DNA of 64,000 nt, from assembly GCA_963755715.1 (NCBI GenBank), contig CAVWLW010000050.1, forward strand, positions 96,001 through 160,000, written 5' to 3'. The notes under the pieces are model-generated. The model did no database searches. It was not told the origin of the DNA and was given only the letters and a program-made list of their open reading frames with translations. A program made the position numbers and the translations under genes. Positions 50,882 to 62,665 of the stretch are shown one piece after another. The stretch comes from an uncultured delta proteobacterium. GTDB lineage: Bacteria; Desulfobacterota; Binatia; UBA9968. The stretch's first letter is position 1. Every line of letters starts with the position of its first letter.

Positions 50882-51985
50882 TCACTGTTCCGCGGGCAGC
50901 GCCATGCACTCGCCCGCCGGCAACTCGACCCAAACGGGATCGCCACGGCGCACTTGCAGAGTGTAACGCTGATGAGTCTGTAGAATATTCTTGCCGAGCT
51001 CGACGGTGCAGTCGACGTATTCACCCAAAAACATGGCGGCGCCGATCTTGCCCTCGATAACGTTCGAACCGATGGGCGGCTGTTGCGTGTGAAGGTTAAT
51101 GCTCTCAGGTCGCACGACGACAACCACCCTGCTGCCGGCAGTCAAACCGTCGAGGATACCGCAGGAGATCTCGCCGTCGTCGGTGTGAACCGTCGCGGTG
51201 CCATTTCCTTCCAGCTTGGTCACCTGACCGGTCATCTGGTTGGTCGAACCGATGAAATTAGCGACGAACTTGGTCTTCGGTTGTAAGTAGATATCCCGAG
51301 GGGCACCCTCTTGAACGATCACGCCGGAGTTCATGACGGCGATGATATTGGACATCGACAACGCCTCGACCTGATCGTGGGTCACGTAGAGAGTCGTGAT
51401 GCGCAGACGGCGCTGCAGCTCGCGTAATTCGAAGCGCATGCGTTCCCGCAGTTTGGCGTCGAGATTGCTCAACGGTTCGTCCAGCAGGAGGACCTGCGGT
51501 TCCCGCACCAGCGCACGGGCCAGCGCCAGCCGCTGCTGTTGACCGCCGGACAATTGCGTGGCCATGCGTTCGCCATAGTCGGACAACTCGACCTGTTCGA
51601 GCGCCGTAGAAACTTTTTTCTGAATCTCGGCATTGCTCAGCCGCTGCTTGCCGACCCGCAGCGGAAACGCGACGTTTTCGAACACCGTCATATGCGGCCA
51701 GATGGCATAGCTTTGAAAAACCATCCCGATGGGACGGCGGTAGGCGGGCACGAAGGTGCCGTCCAGCGCCGAAAAGACTTTCTTGCCGGCGACGAGGATC
51801 TCACCGCCGTTGGCCTTTTCCAATCCGGCGATGCAGCGCAAAGTGGTCGTCTTGCCGCAACCCGATGGGCCCAACAGCGTATAGAAGCGCCCTTCTTCGA
51901 CGTTAAAAGAAATATCGTTGACGGCTTTGACGCCGGCGTTAGCGCCGTCTTCGTAAATTTTTACTAGCGACTTAATTTCAATCAC
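50882..51985 (-). CDS. ABC ATPase, Fe3+/polyamine type with TOBE domain
   Basis: GPSGCGKTT, LSGGQQQR, LLDEP. Confidence 0.95.
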   Translation of the reverse strand: MIEIKSLVKIYEDGANAGVKAVNDISFNVEEGRFYTLLGPSGCGKTTTLRCIAGLEKANGGEILVAGKKVFSALDGTFVPAYRRPIGMVFQSYAIWPHMTVFENVAFPLRVGKQRLSNAEIQKKVSTALEQVELSDYGERMATQLSGGQQQRLALARALVREPQVLLLDEPLSNLDAKLRERMRFELRELQRRLRITTLYVTHDQVEALSMSNIIAVMNSGVIVQEGAPRDIYLQPKTKFVANFIGSTNQMTGQVTKLEGNGTATVHTDDGEISCGILDGLTAGSRVVVVVRPESINLHTQQPPIGSNVIEGKIGAAMFLGEYVDCTVELGKNILQTHQRYTLQVRRGDPVWVELPAGECMALPAEQ

Positions 51986-52006
51986 AAGGTTTGCCTTACC
52001 AGTCCT

Positions 52007-53731
52007 TCAGGTTTGAATGCCGATCTTGCCGGTGAGCTTATAGAATACCGCCACGATCGACAGCAAGGTAGCAATCATCAACACACCGATGGCGGCGACA
52101 ACGGTCACCTGCCCCTGCTCGAACATGGTGAAGAGCAGAATCGAGAGCACGCGGCTTTCGCCCGTGGCCAGCAAAACCGAAGTGGAAAATTCCCGAAACG
52201 ACACGATGCAGATATAAATCCATCCCGCCACCAACCCGGGCCGCAAAAGCGGCAGAGTCACGCGCTTGAAGGTTTCCCACCAAGAAGCGCCGGAAGCGGA
52301 AGCCGCCTCCTCCAACTCGCTGTGGATCTGCAAAATCGACCCTGACGCCGCCCGCATGCCGTATGGAATAAACCGGGTAACGTAGGCGATCAGCAAAACC
52401 CAGATCGTGCCGTAGATCGGAATCGGAAAGGCGACGTAGAGTAAAATCAGCGCCATCCCCATGACGATGCCGGGAATAGTGATCGGCACGAAAGCGAGAA
52501 AATCCAAGATCCAGGCACCGGGCAAACGGCTCTTATAAACGATCCACGCGACCAGCGAAGTCAGTATCATCGCCACCGTGGCTGTCAAGGTTGCCAGCAG
52601 GATACTGTTTTGCAAGGCATCCCAGAAGGGCCGAAAGCCGCCAAGATAACGGTAATTGTCGAGACTGAGCTTGCTCACCGCATCCAAACTCGGCGCGGCG
52701 AAAAACGGCAGAAACGACGCCCAGAACAACACCAAAAACGGCAGCAGCACGACGAAGATGAAATAACCCGTCAGAAAGCCGAAACCTACCCAGCGCCAGC
52801 CGCCGAGATCGAACTGGCGCGGCCGAAACGCCTTGCCAGTGACGGTTTGAAACTTCTTTCCTTCCTTGGTCGCACGCGTATACAGCCATACACCGATCGC
52901 GCTCAAAAGCAGCAAACCGACTGCTAAAGCACCGCCACGCCCGTAGTCCGGCGGATACTCATTGAAAGCGAGAAAGATTTCGCTGGTATATACGTAAATA
53001 CGCGCCGGGATGCCGATCAGCGCCGGGGCCTCGAAGGATTCCAGCGTGCGCACGAACAGGATCAGCACCACCGAACCCGCCGTCGGCATGAGCAAGCGCA
53101 AAGTTACGCGGCGAAACGTCTGCCAGGTATTGGCGCCGGACATCATCGCCGACTCTTCCAAAGATGGGTCCATGGATTTGAACGCCGCCACCATCAGCAG
53201 AAAAGCCAGAGGCACCTGTCCCACCGAGTGCACCCAGATCATGCCCGGCAAGGAAAAAACATTGAATGGCGGCGACTGGAGACCGAACAAACTCTTCAAC
53301 CAGACGTTGAGATAACCGAACTTCGGACTTAACAAAAATATCCACGCAATCGATTCCAGCACACCGGGAAGAATCAACGGCACCACGGCGAGTGGAACGA
53401 AGATAGCGCGTAGCGGCGTGTTGGTCCGCTCGGTCAGCCAGGCGAGCATGGTGCCGAAAATGAAACTGAGCCCGGCGGAGCCCGAGGCAAAGATCAACGA
53501 GTTGAGAAAAGTCGAATAGGTATATTCGCTGGCGTACGCAGCATGATAATTCTTGAGCGTGTAAACAAACTCCCGTGGCGCCACCTCCGCCTGAAAGCTG
53601 CCGACCAACAGCATCAGCAGCGGCAGAACTGCTAGATAAACCAGGACGCCGGCGCCGACCACGGGGATCAGCAGCGCCGGATCCAAGCTCATGGTCATTT
53701 TCCCGGTACGGGGAATTGCTGCAGTCGCCAT
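52007..53731 (-). CDS. ABC permease, FbpB-type duplicated
   Basis: Two EAA-type motifs (LEESAMMSGA, LEEAASASGA); many TM helices. Confidence 0.93.
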   Translation of the reverse strand: MATAAIPRTGKMTMSLDPALLIPVVGAGVLVYLAVLPLLMLLVGSFQAEVAPREFVYTLKNYHAAYASEYTYSTFLNSLIFASGSAGLSFIFGTMLAWLTERTNTPLRAIFVPLAVVPLILPGVLESIAWIFLLSPKFGYLNVWLKSLFGLQSPPFNVFSLPGMIWVHSVGQVPLAFLLMVAAFKSMDPSLEESAMMSGANTWQTFRRVTLRLLMPTAGSVVLILFVRTLESFEAPALIGIPARIYVYTSEIFLAFNEYPPDYGRGGALAVGLLLLSAIGVWLYTRATKEGKKFQTVTGKAFRPRQFDLGGWRWVGFGFLTGYFIFVVLLPFLVLFWASFLPFFAAPSLDAVSKLSLDNYRYLGGFRPFWDALQNSILLATLTATVAMILTSLVAWIVYKSRLPGAWILDFLAFVPITIPGIVMGMALILLYVAFPIPIYGTIWVLLIAYVTRFIPYGMRAASGSILQIHSELEEAASASGASWWETFKRVTLPLLRPGLVAGWIYICIVSFREFSTSVLLATGESRVLSILLFTMFEQGQVTVVAAIGVLMIATLLSIVAVFYKLTGKIGIQT

Positions 53732-53772
53732 AAATGAGCCTCGAAAGATGGGCGCAGTGAGATATCACTGCG

Positions 53773-54799
53773 CTATCTCAGTTTGAAAATTTCCTTCCAG
53801 ATCTTTTCGTACTTCGGATATTCCTTAATATCCGCGACACTGATGGGATAGATCTTTTCGGTTCGGGTTTTGTCCATCGGTTCGACTTTAGGATGGGCCG
53901 GCGTGCGCCCTCCTTGCGCCATGGCCTTTTGGCCTTCCTGGCTGGCTACCCAGCGCGCATATAAGTAGTGCCGTATTCGGATGCGGCGCGTTTTTGAAAA
54001 CAGCCGTCGCATTGATCGAAGCCACGCCTTCGCTCAGCATGTAGTTGACGGGCGCGCCCTTCTTGATGCGGGCGGGATAGTGATGGGAGTAGCAGGTCAA
54101 ACAGACTGCCGCCTGACCGGCGACCAGCAGCTCCGCCAATTGAGAATGACCGGAATGAAACTCGACGTTATTGGCGGCGATCTTGCGCCACAATTCGATC
54201 GCCTTCTCGTCGCTCTTATATTTGTATTTTGCGAAGCCCATCAGCATTTCGAGATCGCGCGGTTCCGCGATCAAGCGGTTTTTCCAGCGGGGATCGGCAA
54301 AGTCCTCGTATTGCTTTGGCTCTTCTTCTTTCTTCACCAGGCCGGTGTTCCAAGCCGCAATGATAAATTGAAGATCCGAGGCCACCCAGAAGCTTCCCTT
54401 CATTCCCTGCGGATATTCCGCGGATTCAGGAAGGGTCACTTCCAGCAAGAGCTTTTGATCGTGCGCCTGACTCACATTCTCGAGCGGCACCTGCAAGACA
54501 TCGCCTAGCGTCTTTCCGCCCCGCGCCTCGGTCACCGCGCGAGCAACGAGTTTATCCGAGGTCGCATCGACGTGGTTGATCTTGATTCCCGGAAATCGTT
54601 TTTCGAACACAGGAATAATTTTTTCGGCATTGATCTGGGCCAAGGTCGCGTAGAAATTGAGCGTCCCGCCTTCCTTAACCGCCAGTTTATGGAGTTCGTC
54701 AAGACTCTGGCTTAGCCCGAGACCAGGTAAAAACAGGTTCGCTGCAAGCGCAACCCACAGGACAGCGAAGCTTTTATGAAACCAACGAAACACCGCCAT
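53773..54799 (-). CDS. ABC substrate-binding protein 3 (frameshift near 53960)
   Basis: FEKRFPGIK, CLTCYSHHYP, APHPN; ends WKEIFKLR. Confidence 0.85.
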
Positions 54800-54890
54800 T
54801 CGGAAAACCTCCGGAAATAAATATTTTGTTAAAGTCGGGTTACCTAATACTATAATTTCCTCGCGAGTCAATAATGTCCAATGGACGGCG

Positions 54891-55919
54891 TCAGCGCAGT
54901 TTAAAAATTTCCTTCCAAACCTTCTCGTATTTCGGCCACTGTTTAATCTCCGTAGTGCCGATCGGATAGAGCTTGGCAGGACGTATATTATCCACCGGTT
55001 CCACCTTGGGATGCGGCGGCAAGCGTCCTCCTGCGGCGTAAGCTTTTTGTCCCTCTTCACTGGCGGACCAGCGGTAAAACAGCTTGGCAGCGTTGGGATG
55101 AGGAGCGTCTTTGGCCAAGGCATCAGCGGTGATCGTGGCGATGCCTTCGGTGAGCATGTATCCGAGCGGCGCGCCCTTTTTAATTCGCGACGGATAGTGG
55201 TGCGCGTAACAGGTCACGCAGGCGGCTGCTTGGCCGGCGACGAGGAATTCGGCGAGCTCGGAATGGCCTTTGTGAAATTCGACATTGTTAGCGGCCAGCT
55301 TGCGAATATAATCGAACGCTTTCTCGTCGTTTTTGTATTTGTGCGTAGCGAGACCGATTAGCAATTCGACGTCCCGTGCTTCGGCGATCAATTTCCCTTT
55401 CCATTTGGGATCGGCAAGGTCGTCGAATTGCTTCGGCTCATCTTCTTTTTTTACCAGGTTCGTATTCCATGAGGCGGTTATGATCACCATGTCGGCGGCC
55501 AGCCAATTCGCCCCCTTGAGAGTGGCGGGATACGCTGCCGCTTCCGGTGGGAGCCAGTCAACCACCAGCTTTTGATCGATCACCTGAAGGACATTTTCCA
55601 GGGCCATTTGAAAGACATCGGAAAATACTCGGCCGCCGCGAGCTTCAGTGATCGCCCTGGCAGCAAGCTTGTCCGCCGTGGCATCGACGTGATTGACCTT
55701 GATTCCCGGAAAGCGCTTTTCAAATACCGGCAAAATTCTTTCCGCATTGATTTGCGCGAGGGTGCCGTAGAAATTAACCACCCCGCCTTCCTTAACCGCC
55801 GCCTTGTGCAGTTCGTCCATCGACTGCGCGCCCGCCGGCGCTGCCATCACGCAGAGAACATAGATAAGAATCACGCTGACGATCTTTAAGGAAGCCTTAC
55901 TAGTCTTCATTGACATCAT
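54891..55919 (-). CDS. ABC substrate-binding protein 2
   Basis: FEKRFPGIK, CVTCYAHHYP, APHPNAA; ends WKEIFKLR. Confidence 0.9.
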   Translation of the reverse strand: MMSMKTSKASLKIVSVILIYVLCVMAAPAGAQSMDELHKAAVKEGGVVNFYGTLAQINAERILPVFEKRFPGIKVNHVDATADKLAARAITEARGGRVFSDVFQMALENVLQVIDQKLVVDWLPPEAAAYPATLKGANWLAADMVIITASWNTNLVKKEDEPKQFDDLADPKWKGKLIAEARDVELLIGLATHKYKNDEKAFDYIRKLAANNVEFHKGHSELAEFLVAGQAAACVTCYAHHYPSRIKKGAPLGYMLTEGIATITADALAKDAPHPNAAKLFYRWSASEEGQKAYAAGGRLPPHPKVEPVDNIRPAKLYPIGTTEIKQWPKYEKVWKEIFKLR

Positions 55920-55964
55920 TCCTCCTTGGTTAACGGCCCATTTGTCATCGCGCCGCTATGCGGC

Positions 55965-56978
55965 TCATCTTAGTTTGAATACTTCTTTCCAAACCTTTTC
56001 GTATTTCGAATACTGCTTCAGGTCTTCGACGCCGACGGGATAAATAACCGCCGGTCGAATCTTTTCGGTGGGCTCGACTTTCGGATGGGCCGGGGTTCGT
56101 CCGCCTTTGGAGTAAACGGTTTGTCCTTCTTCCGAGGCCGCCCAACGATTGAATAGCCAAGCAGTATTCGGATGGGGCGCATTTTTCATGACCGCCACGG
56201 CAATGATGCCGGCGGCGCCTTCGCTGAGCATGTAATCCACCGGCGCGCCTTTGCGTTTGCGTTCGGGATAATGGTGCGAATAGCAGGTGAAACAAGCCGC
56301 GGCCTGGCCCGCCACCAGCAATTCCGCGAGTTGCGAATGGCCTTTGTGAAACTCGACATTATTGGCCGCGATTCGGGCGAGCACGGCGCGAGCTTTTTCC
56401 AGGCTCTTGTGCTTGTGGTTTAGCGCAACGAGGAACTCGTAATCCCGCGGTTCGGCGATCAAGCGCCCTTTCCAACGCGGATCGCCGAAATCGTCCAAGA
56501 ATTTCGGCTCCTCGTCTTTCTTCACCTGTGCCGTGTTCCATGCTCCGACGAAAAAAATCAGGTTGTTGGCCGCCCAGTAAGAACCTCTCAAGTTAGCTGG
56601 ATAGGCGGCCACCTCCGGCGGAACCTTTTCCAAGATTAGTCCTTGCTCGTAAATCTTGTTGATGTCTTCCAACCCGAACTCGACGACGTCCGCGAACGTC
56701 TTACCGCCGCGCGCTTCAGTGATCGCGCGGGCCGATAGTTTGTCGGAAGTAGCGTCGACATGATTGATTTTGATGCCGGGAAAGCGCTTTTCAAAAACCG
56801 GATAGATTTTCTCCGCATTGATCTGGGCGAGCGAGCAATAACAGTTGAGCACGCCATCTTCTTTCAGCGCCTTCTTGTAGAGCTCGTCGATAGTTTCAGT
56901 TTGAGCCGAAACCGGTGCCGCTCCAACATTCAAAAGAACGATTAAGATTGAAGACAGCCAGACTACTCTTCTCAACAT
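55965..56978 (-). CDS. ABC substrate-binding protein 1
   Basis: FEKRFPGIK, CFTCYSHHYP, APHPN; ends WKEVFKLR. Confidence 0.9.
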   Translation of the reverse strand: MLRRVVWLSSILIVLLNVGAAPVSAQTETIDELYKKALKEDGVLNCYCSLAQINAEKIYPVFEKRFPGIKINHVDATSDKLSARAITEARGGKTFADVVEFGLEDINKIYEQGLILEKVPPEVAAYPANLRGSYWAANNLIFFVGAWNTAQVKKDEEPKFLDDFGDPRWKGRLIAEPRDYEFLVALNHKHKSLEKARAVLARIAANNVEFHKGHSQLAELLVAGQAAACFTCYSHHYPERKRKGAPVDYMLSEGAAGIIAVAVMKNAPHPNTAWLFNRWAASEEGQTVYSKGGRTPAHPKVEPTEKIRPAVIYPVGVEDLKQYSKYEKVWKEVFKLR

Positions 56979-57025
56979 ATCGCGATCCTCCTTTTACGGT
57001 CGTAACATTACCTTCTACGCTTCGG

Positions 57026-58103
57026 TCATTTTTTCACCGGCGTTTTCAGCACGGTTTGGAGTTTATTTTTCACGTCCGCGCGGCATGCCCAAAAACTCGG
57101 TGACAAGCTTATGCACGGCATTGCCGATCAGCGGATCGAAGTCCAGATGGCCTTTCTCGGCTTCGGCCAAAAGGTCTTTGTCTTTCATCGCTCGTTCAAA
57201 CGCGACCTCGAGCGCCTGGGCACGATCAGCCGGCGTCCCCGTCGGCAATACGTAAACTTTGCCGAAATCATTCGGCGTGCTGGTGCCGTATTTGAGCAGC
57301 AACCGCTGCTCTTCGGATCTGGCGATCATCGGAATCGTCGGCACGTTAGGCACGATCAGATCCTTCATCGGCTTTTCGCAGAGCTGCGCCAATACGACCC
57401 ATTCTCCGCTCTTTATTTTGTCCAAGGAGGTTACTTTGGACGAAGTCCAGGTATTGAAAAAACCGTCGACCTCGCCGCTATCGAGGGCCAGCCGGACATC
57501 GGCCGTGCCTTTATAGCCGGAGACGATCTTAAGATTGGTGTTGAGCACCTCTTTAACCAGGACCGGCGCGTGCTCGACAGTCGAACCGGGGATCGCGCCC
57601 AGGGTCACTTGCTTTCCCTTCTCCCCGCGCAGCTCATCGAATTTGGTGATTCCAGTTCGCTTGGTGACAATCATCATGTAACTTTCGCTGACGGGGACCG
57701 CTAGATAGCGAAACTTTCCCATATCGAACTGGACCGACGGCGCCCCGAAAAGCTGCTCGAGCACGATGGGTCCCGAAATATTACCGACCACCGTGCCGTC
57801 TTTGGGCGCCGCATTGTAGACGTGATTGGCGGCGATAATGCTGCCGGCTCCCGGCATGTTGTCGACGATTACCGCCGGACTGCCGGGAATGTATTTGGCA
57901 AGATGGCGCGCGATCACCCGCGAATACTGGTCGTAACCGCCGCCGGCCGAAAAGCCGACGACGATGCGCACGGTCTTGCCGCGATAAAAACTCGCTACGG
58001 TTTTCTCGTCGAACGCCGGTTTGGCCGCCTGGGCCGCCCATCCCAAGCCAGGCGCCATCGATAATCCAAGTACCACTAAAACAAACAGCGGTCTCATTCG
58101 CAT
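57026..58103 (-). CDS. TctC/Bug-type tripartite tricarboxylate transporter binding protein (frameshift near the 3' end)
   Basis: FYRGKTVRIVVGFSAGGGYD, NMPGAGS, GYKGT..ALDSGEVDG. Confidence 0.88.
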
Positions 58104-58210
58104 ACGTTGCTTTGAACCTCCATGTAGCTGCTCCGCTCGGTCGCTCCTGCGGTAGCTTCTATTAGACGAATCAGTTTGGGGAAGACTTCAGTGCGTGCCC
58201 GGCCAAGCGC

Positions 58211-59182
58211 TCAAAGATTTTCCAGGCGCCTTAACGTCACCCCATAATCCACCACGGCTTTATCGATGGAGTAGTCGGGTTCATAGCCGAGTTGCTCCTT
58301 GGCACGGGAGAAGTCGCTGGCCAGGCGCGAGTCCGGGTACGGCATGGGATTGTTTCCTCGGATCAAATCGACGTTTGACCCGGGGTAGGCTTTGCGAACC
58401 GCCGCGGCGATGTCGTCACCGCTCAGCATGATACCGTTACCGATATGAAAAAGCGTGTCTTTGAATTTATCTTGGAGCGCCGCTAGGACGGTGCCTTTGG
58501 CGGCGTCTTTACCATAGAGAATTTCGGCAGGGCCGTAGGGCCAGTTGATTTTAGCAGTTTCTCCTTTGACCGCGGCGCGAATCATCTGTTGGATCGCGAT
58601 CTCGCGCGTCGCTTTGAGGCTTGCCGGCGACGGTCCGTAGAGCCCGCCGGTGTAACGCAGACAGATGAACTCGAAGCCATAGCGCTTTGCATAGGCGCGC
58701 CCCATGAATTCGCAGCTCGCTTTGGTCGCCGCATACACCGACGGCGGATTCATGGCGATGGACTCATCGATCTTGGCCAGCCCCTCGCCGAGCGAACCGA
58801 GATAAACCGTCCCCGAGCTCGGGAAAATCACGCGCGCAACTTTTTCCAACCGCGCCGCTTCGAATACGTTGACCGTGCCCATGAAATTCAGATGCACGCC
58901 GCTGTAGGGGCGGCGCTGAACTTCTTCGCCAAGGAAAGCTGCCAGGTGGATGATGCGATCGCAATCCTGCTCGCGGATCACCGAAATGATCGCCGGCAGA
59001 TCCATCATGTCGCCGCGAATCAGGGTCACTTTGCCGGTGTCGACGCCGACGGCGCTGAGCAAACGCTCATTGAGCGCCACGTCGAAAACCACGGGTCTTT
59101 CGCCGCGCTCGAGCAACATTGCAACCGCGTAAGCCCCGACCAAACCCGAGCCTCCGGTTACGAGGATTCCCTTTTTCGCCAT
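58211..59182 (-). CDS. NAD-dependent epimerase/dehydratase
   Basis: TGGSGLVG, IHLAA, YAATK. Confidence 0.9.
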   Translation of the reverse strand: MAKKGILVTGGSGLVGAYAVAMLLERGERPVVFDVALNERLLSAVGVDTGKVTLIRGDMMDLPAIISVIREQDCDRIIHLAAFLGEEVQRRPYSGVHLNFMGTVNVFEAARLEKVARVIFPSSGTVYLGSLGEGLAKIDESIAMNPPSVYAATKASCEFMGRAYAKRYGFEFICLRYTGGLYGPSPASLKATREIAIQQMIRAAVKGETAKINWPYGPAEILYGKDAAKGTVLAALQDKFKDTLFHIGNGIMLSGDDIAAAVRKAYPGSNVDLIRGNNPMPYPDSRLASDFSRAKEQLGYEPDYSIDKAVVDYGVTLRRLENL

Positions 59183-59371
59183 GTCGATCTCCCTCCGACA
59201 GAACCGGTGCCTCTACTATATCAAACCTACCCTTGAGTCAACGCGGACCTCGTGGTTATTTGCTTTTCGCCGAGCGTCCAACGAGTGTAGGATCGTCGCC
59301 CATCTTGACCTGACTTTTTTTTCGAGCATTATGTCAGCCGGCGCGTCTAAGTTGACAAGGAGGCAATCCTG

Positions 59372-60361
59372 ATGTTGTACCGCTGGGCGTTTTCGCTCCT
59401 GACGCTGGTAGTTCTACTTTCCGTCGTCTCCGCAGCTATTGCGCAAGAAAAGCTGCGCCTTGCGTGGGCGGGCTTTAGCCCGACGAACAGCCCCATCTGG
59501 GTGATGGAAGATCGCAAGCTCCTGCAAAAACAAGGAGTCACACCGGAGATTATCGCGATCAACGCGAGCCCGACGGTGCTGCAAGCTTTGCTCGCTAACG
59601 AAATCGAAGCGGCCAGTATCTCCGTGACAACGCTGACGAGTTCCCGTCTGGCCGGTGCCGACACCGTGATGATCTTCGGCGTCGTGCCGACGTTTGTCGA
59701 TCATATCGTATCCTTGTCGAGCGTCACCGCAGTGGAGCAGCTCAAGGGAAAAACCGCCGGCGTCAATCGATTGGGGAGCACTTCGGACCTCGGTTTGCGC
59801 CTCGCCTTGAAGAAATTAGGAATCGACCCGGATAAGGATGTAAAAATCATTCCCACGGGGGGCACGGCCGAGCGCTTCGCGGCGTTGTCGAAAGGCATCA
59901 CGCAATTTACGATCATACCGGAACCGTTCTTAACCCAGGCGGAAAAGCTCGGCTTCCGCAATCTTTACAACATCAGCGACCTAAAAATTCCGTTTTGGTG
60001 GAACGGCATTCTTTCGCGCGAAAGCATCGTCAAAGCAAAGCGTCCGTTGATGTTGAAACTGGTCCGCGCCATGGTCGAAGCGATCCATATTATCAAGACC
60101 GAGAAAGAATACGCCAAAGGACTTTTTAAAAAGAATCTCGGCGTCAACGACCCCGAAGGACTCGAGCGAGCCTACAAAGATTATAATAACGCTTTCCCCG
60201 AGATTCCCTATCCGTATCCCGACGGCGTCAAAACGATGCTCGATGACTTGGCGCCCAAAAACCCCAAGGCAGCCGCGGCCGACCCCAAAACCTACGTTGA
60301 TATGAGCCTCGTCGCCGAGCTGGATAAGTCGGGTTTTATCAAGCAACTGTACAAGAAATAG
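59372..60361 (+). CDS. NitT/TauT-type ABC substrate-binding protein
   Basis: Signal peptide; QLKGKTAGVNRLGS, ELDKSGFIKQLY. Confidence 0.88.
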   Translation: MLYRWAFSLLTLVVLLSVVSAAIAQEKLRLAWAGFSPTNSPIWVMEDRKLLQKQGVTPEIIAINASPTVLQALLANEIEAASISVTTLTSSRLAGADTVMIFGVVPTFVDHIVSLSSVTAVEQLKGKTAGVNRLGSTSDLGLRLALKKLGIDPDKDVKIIPTGGTAERFAALSKGITQFTIIPEPFLTQAEKLGFRNLYNISDLKIPFWWNGILSRESIVKAKRPLMLKLVRAMVEAIHIIKTEKEYAKGLFKKNLGVNDPEGLERAYKDYNNAFPEIPYPYPDGVKTMLDDLAPKNPKAAAADPKTYVDMSLVAELDKSGFIKQLYKK

Positions 60362-60548
60362 GCGAGAGGCATTAGGCAACAGGCAATAGCTCGGTCCACG
60401 TTAGTCCGCCGGGCCTGCATCACAACAGCGGCGCTAGCTTGTTGCGGTTTCTTTGCTAGCAACTCCGTTGTAGGTTCCACATCTTCAGTTGAATTATTTC
60501 ACCCGACTAGGATAAGTGAACGAAGAAACCTATCAGGAGGCGAAAATC

Positions 60549-61383
60549 ATGGCGGAAATAATCTTGAAAGACGAGCATGAAATGTTGCGGCCCAGCTTGG
60601 GCAGGCTCAAGAACAAAATCGCGGTCATCACCGGTGCTAATAGCGGCATCGGCCGGGCCACCGCGCGGCTTTTCGCCCGCGAAGGCGCCAAGGTGGTTTG
60701 CTGCGATATTCAGGAAACCATCTCGCCGCGGATCGACCAATTGATTAAAGAGAAAGAAGGCGGGCAAGCCGTTTTCGCAACCATCGACGTCACCAAACAG
60801 GAAGACTGCGACCGCATGATCAAAACGGCGCTCGATAGCTTCGGCGACGTCGATATTCTTTACAACAATGCCGGCGCCGGCATTCGAAAGAAACTGCACG
60901 AGCACAGCGATGAGGAGTGGAACTTCGTGCTGAATACGAATCTTCAACGCGATGTTCCGCGGCGCACGCGCTGTCTTGCCGCATTTCATCAAGAAGAAAA
61001 GCGGCAACATCGTCACCACGGCTTCGACCTTTGGTCTTTTGGCGTCACCGGAATATCCGGGCTACTGCGCCACCAAGGCGGCGATCATCAATCTCACCCG
61101 CGAGATGGCGCTGGACTACGGTCCGCTCGGCATCCGCATCAACTGTGTTTGTCCGGGCGCCATCGAGACCCCACGCTTCAGAGGATTTCCGCCGCGGCCG
61201 ACCTTGGGCGAAGGCATGACGGACGAGCAGCGCAAAACCATGGGTGCAAGCAACAAAGCACTGCTGCGCATGGGCCGTCCGGAAGAGATTGCTTACGGCG
61301 TGCTGTTTTTAGTTTCGGACGAAGCGTCCTTCGTTACCGGCCACGCGCTGGTCGTCGACGGTGGGCAAACGATCGACGCCTGA
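60549..61383 (+). CDS. Short-chain dehydrogenase/reductase (frameshift near 60945)
   Basis: TGANSGIG, YNNAG, YCATK, VDGG. Confidence 0.88.
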
Positions 61384-61393
61384 GCAAGCGGCG

Positions 61394-61460
61394 TGATGGA
61401 GTACCGGAGTGATGGAGTGATGGAGGATCGCGAGCCCGATATTCCAGTACTCCATCACTC
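61394..61460. repeat. Intergenic GGAGTGAT octamer repeats with an inverted copy
   Basis: GTGATGGAGTACCGGAGTGATGGAGTGATGG...CCAGTACTCCATCACTC. Confidence 0.6.
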
Positions 61461-61467
61461 GACATCT

Positions 61468-62553
61468 TTTTACTTTCTGCACCACGTACCAATTGTTTTG
61501 AATATCGTGACTCAGTTCGTGCTTCTCAACTGAGCTGAAGCCCGCCTTGGCGAGATATTCGCGCGTCTTCTCTTCGCCCCACATGGCGCCTAAGCCTTCG
61601 CCGTTTTGGGCCAAGGACACGGTCATGCAGTGCATGCACGACACGGTATAAAGGAACGGACCTATTGGATGATCCTGGTTTTGATGAATGTGGCTCGAAC
61701 CCTTGATGTCCTGCATCAGATAAATACCATCGGATCGGAGCGTGCGGCGAATTCCGCGCAGCACGTTTAACGGCTTCGCCTGATCATGAATCGCATCGAA
61801 GGTCGCAACCAAGTCGAAGGACTCGGCTTCGGCTGTTTCATCGAATTGACTGAGATCGGCGACGATGAATTCTATATTTCTCAACTTTTTTTCCGCCGCA
61901 TCCTGCCACGCCGATAAAATCGCCTCGCTCGACAAATCCATTCCGGTGAAGCGGCTCTTCGGATAGAGCTCCGCGAGCCGGTTGATGATTCGGCCACGTC
62001 CGCAGCCGACATCGAGCATTTGAATCCCGCTCGTGAGTCTTTCGGCCAATCCCGATACGAGCGGCACAATGTGCGATTCCAACGACGATAACACGGATTG
62101 TCCGCTATCTTCGGCCATCACTTCGTGGAAACGCGGAAACTTAGCGTAAGGCACGCCGCCGCCTTTTTTGAAACATTCGACGATATCGTCCTCAACGCTG
62201 CCGAGCAGTGCGATGTACTGAGTGAACACACCGATGTTATCTGCGCCGGCGCTGCGGGTGAGAAACGCTGCGTGCTCTGCCGGCAATGAGAACCGGTTGG
62301 TCGCCGGATCGACGTCGACGATACGTCCGGTGACCATCGCGCCGAGCCATTCGCGCACGTAACGCTCATTCAGGCCTGCTTTAGCGGCGATCTCGGCCGA
62401 AGTTGCCGGCGCGGCGTCGCGCATGGCGTCGAGGAGGCCGGTGCGATGCCCGATCGAAATCATCAAGCACAATGCGCCGTCATTCAGTGTCGTTAACAAT
62501 CGCTCTGCAAAGCCGTTGGCTTTAGCCGAATCATAGGTTGGACCCAGAGCCAT
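61468..62553 (-). CDS. Class I SAM methyltransferase with N-terminal HTH; 3' end uncertain
   Basis: GHRTGL..LNERYVREWL, LDVGCGRG, FDAIHD, YTVSCMHC..GLGAMWG. The ORF track runs on into the repeat, probably because of an indel at the stop. Confidence 0.85.
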
Positions 62554-62665
62554 GCCAATTTCCTCCGGAGATTAGGTTCCAAAGACGCGGCATATTTCCG
62601 CCGCAACCTCGCCGAGAGCGCGATCGCGGCAAAGCCGACCGGCCGGACTTCGGAGGGCACGAAGT

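Noticed and set aside
60358-60390. AGGCAA(T/C)-type short repeats, and AAGGATAA repeats at 28141-28171
   Set aside because: These are short low-complexity intergenic runs with no further supporting structure.
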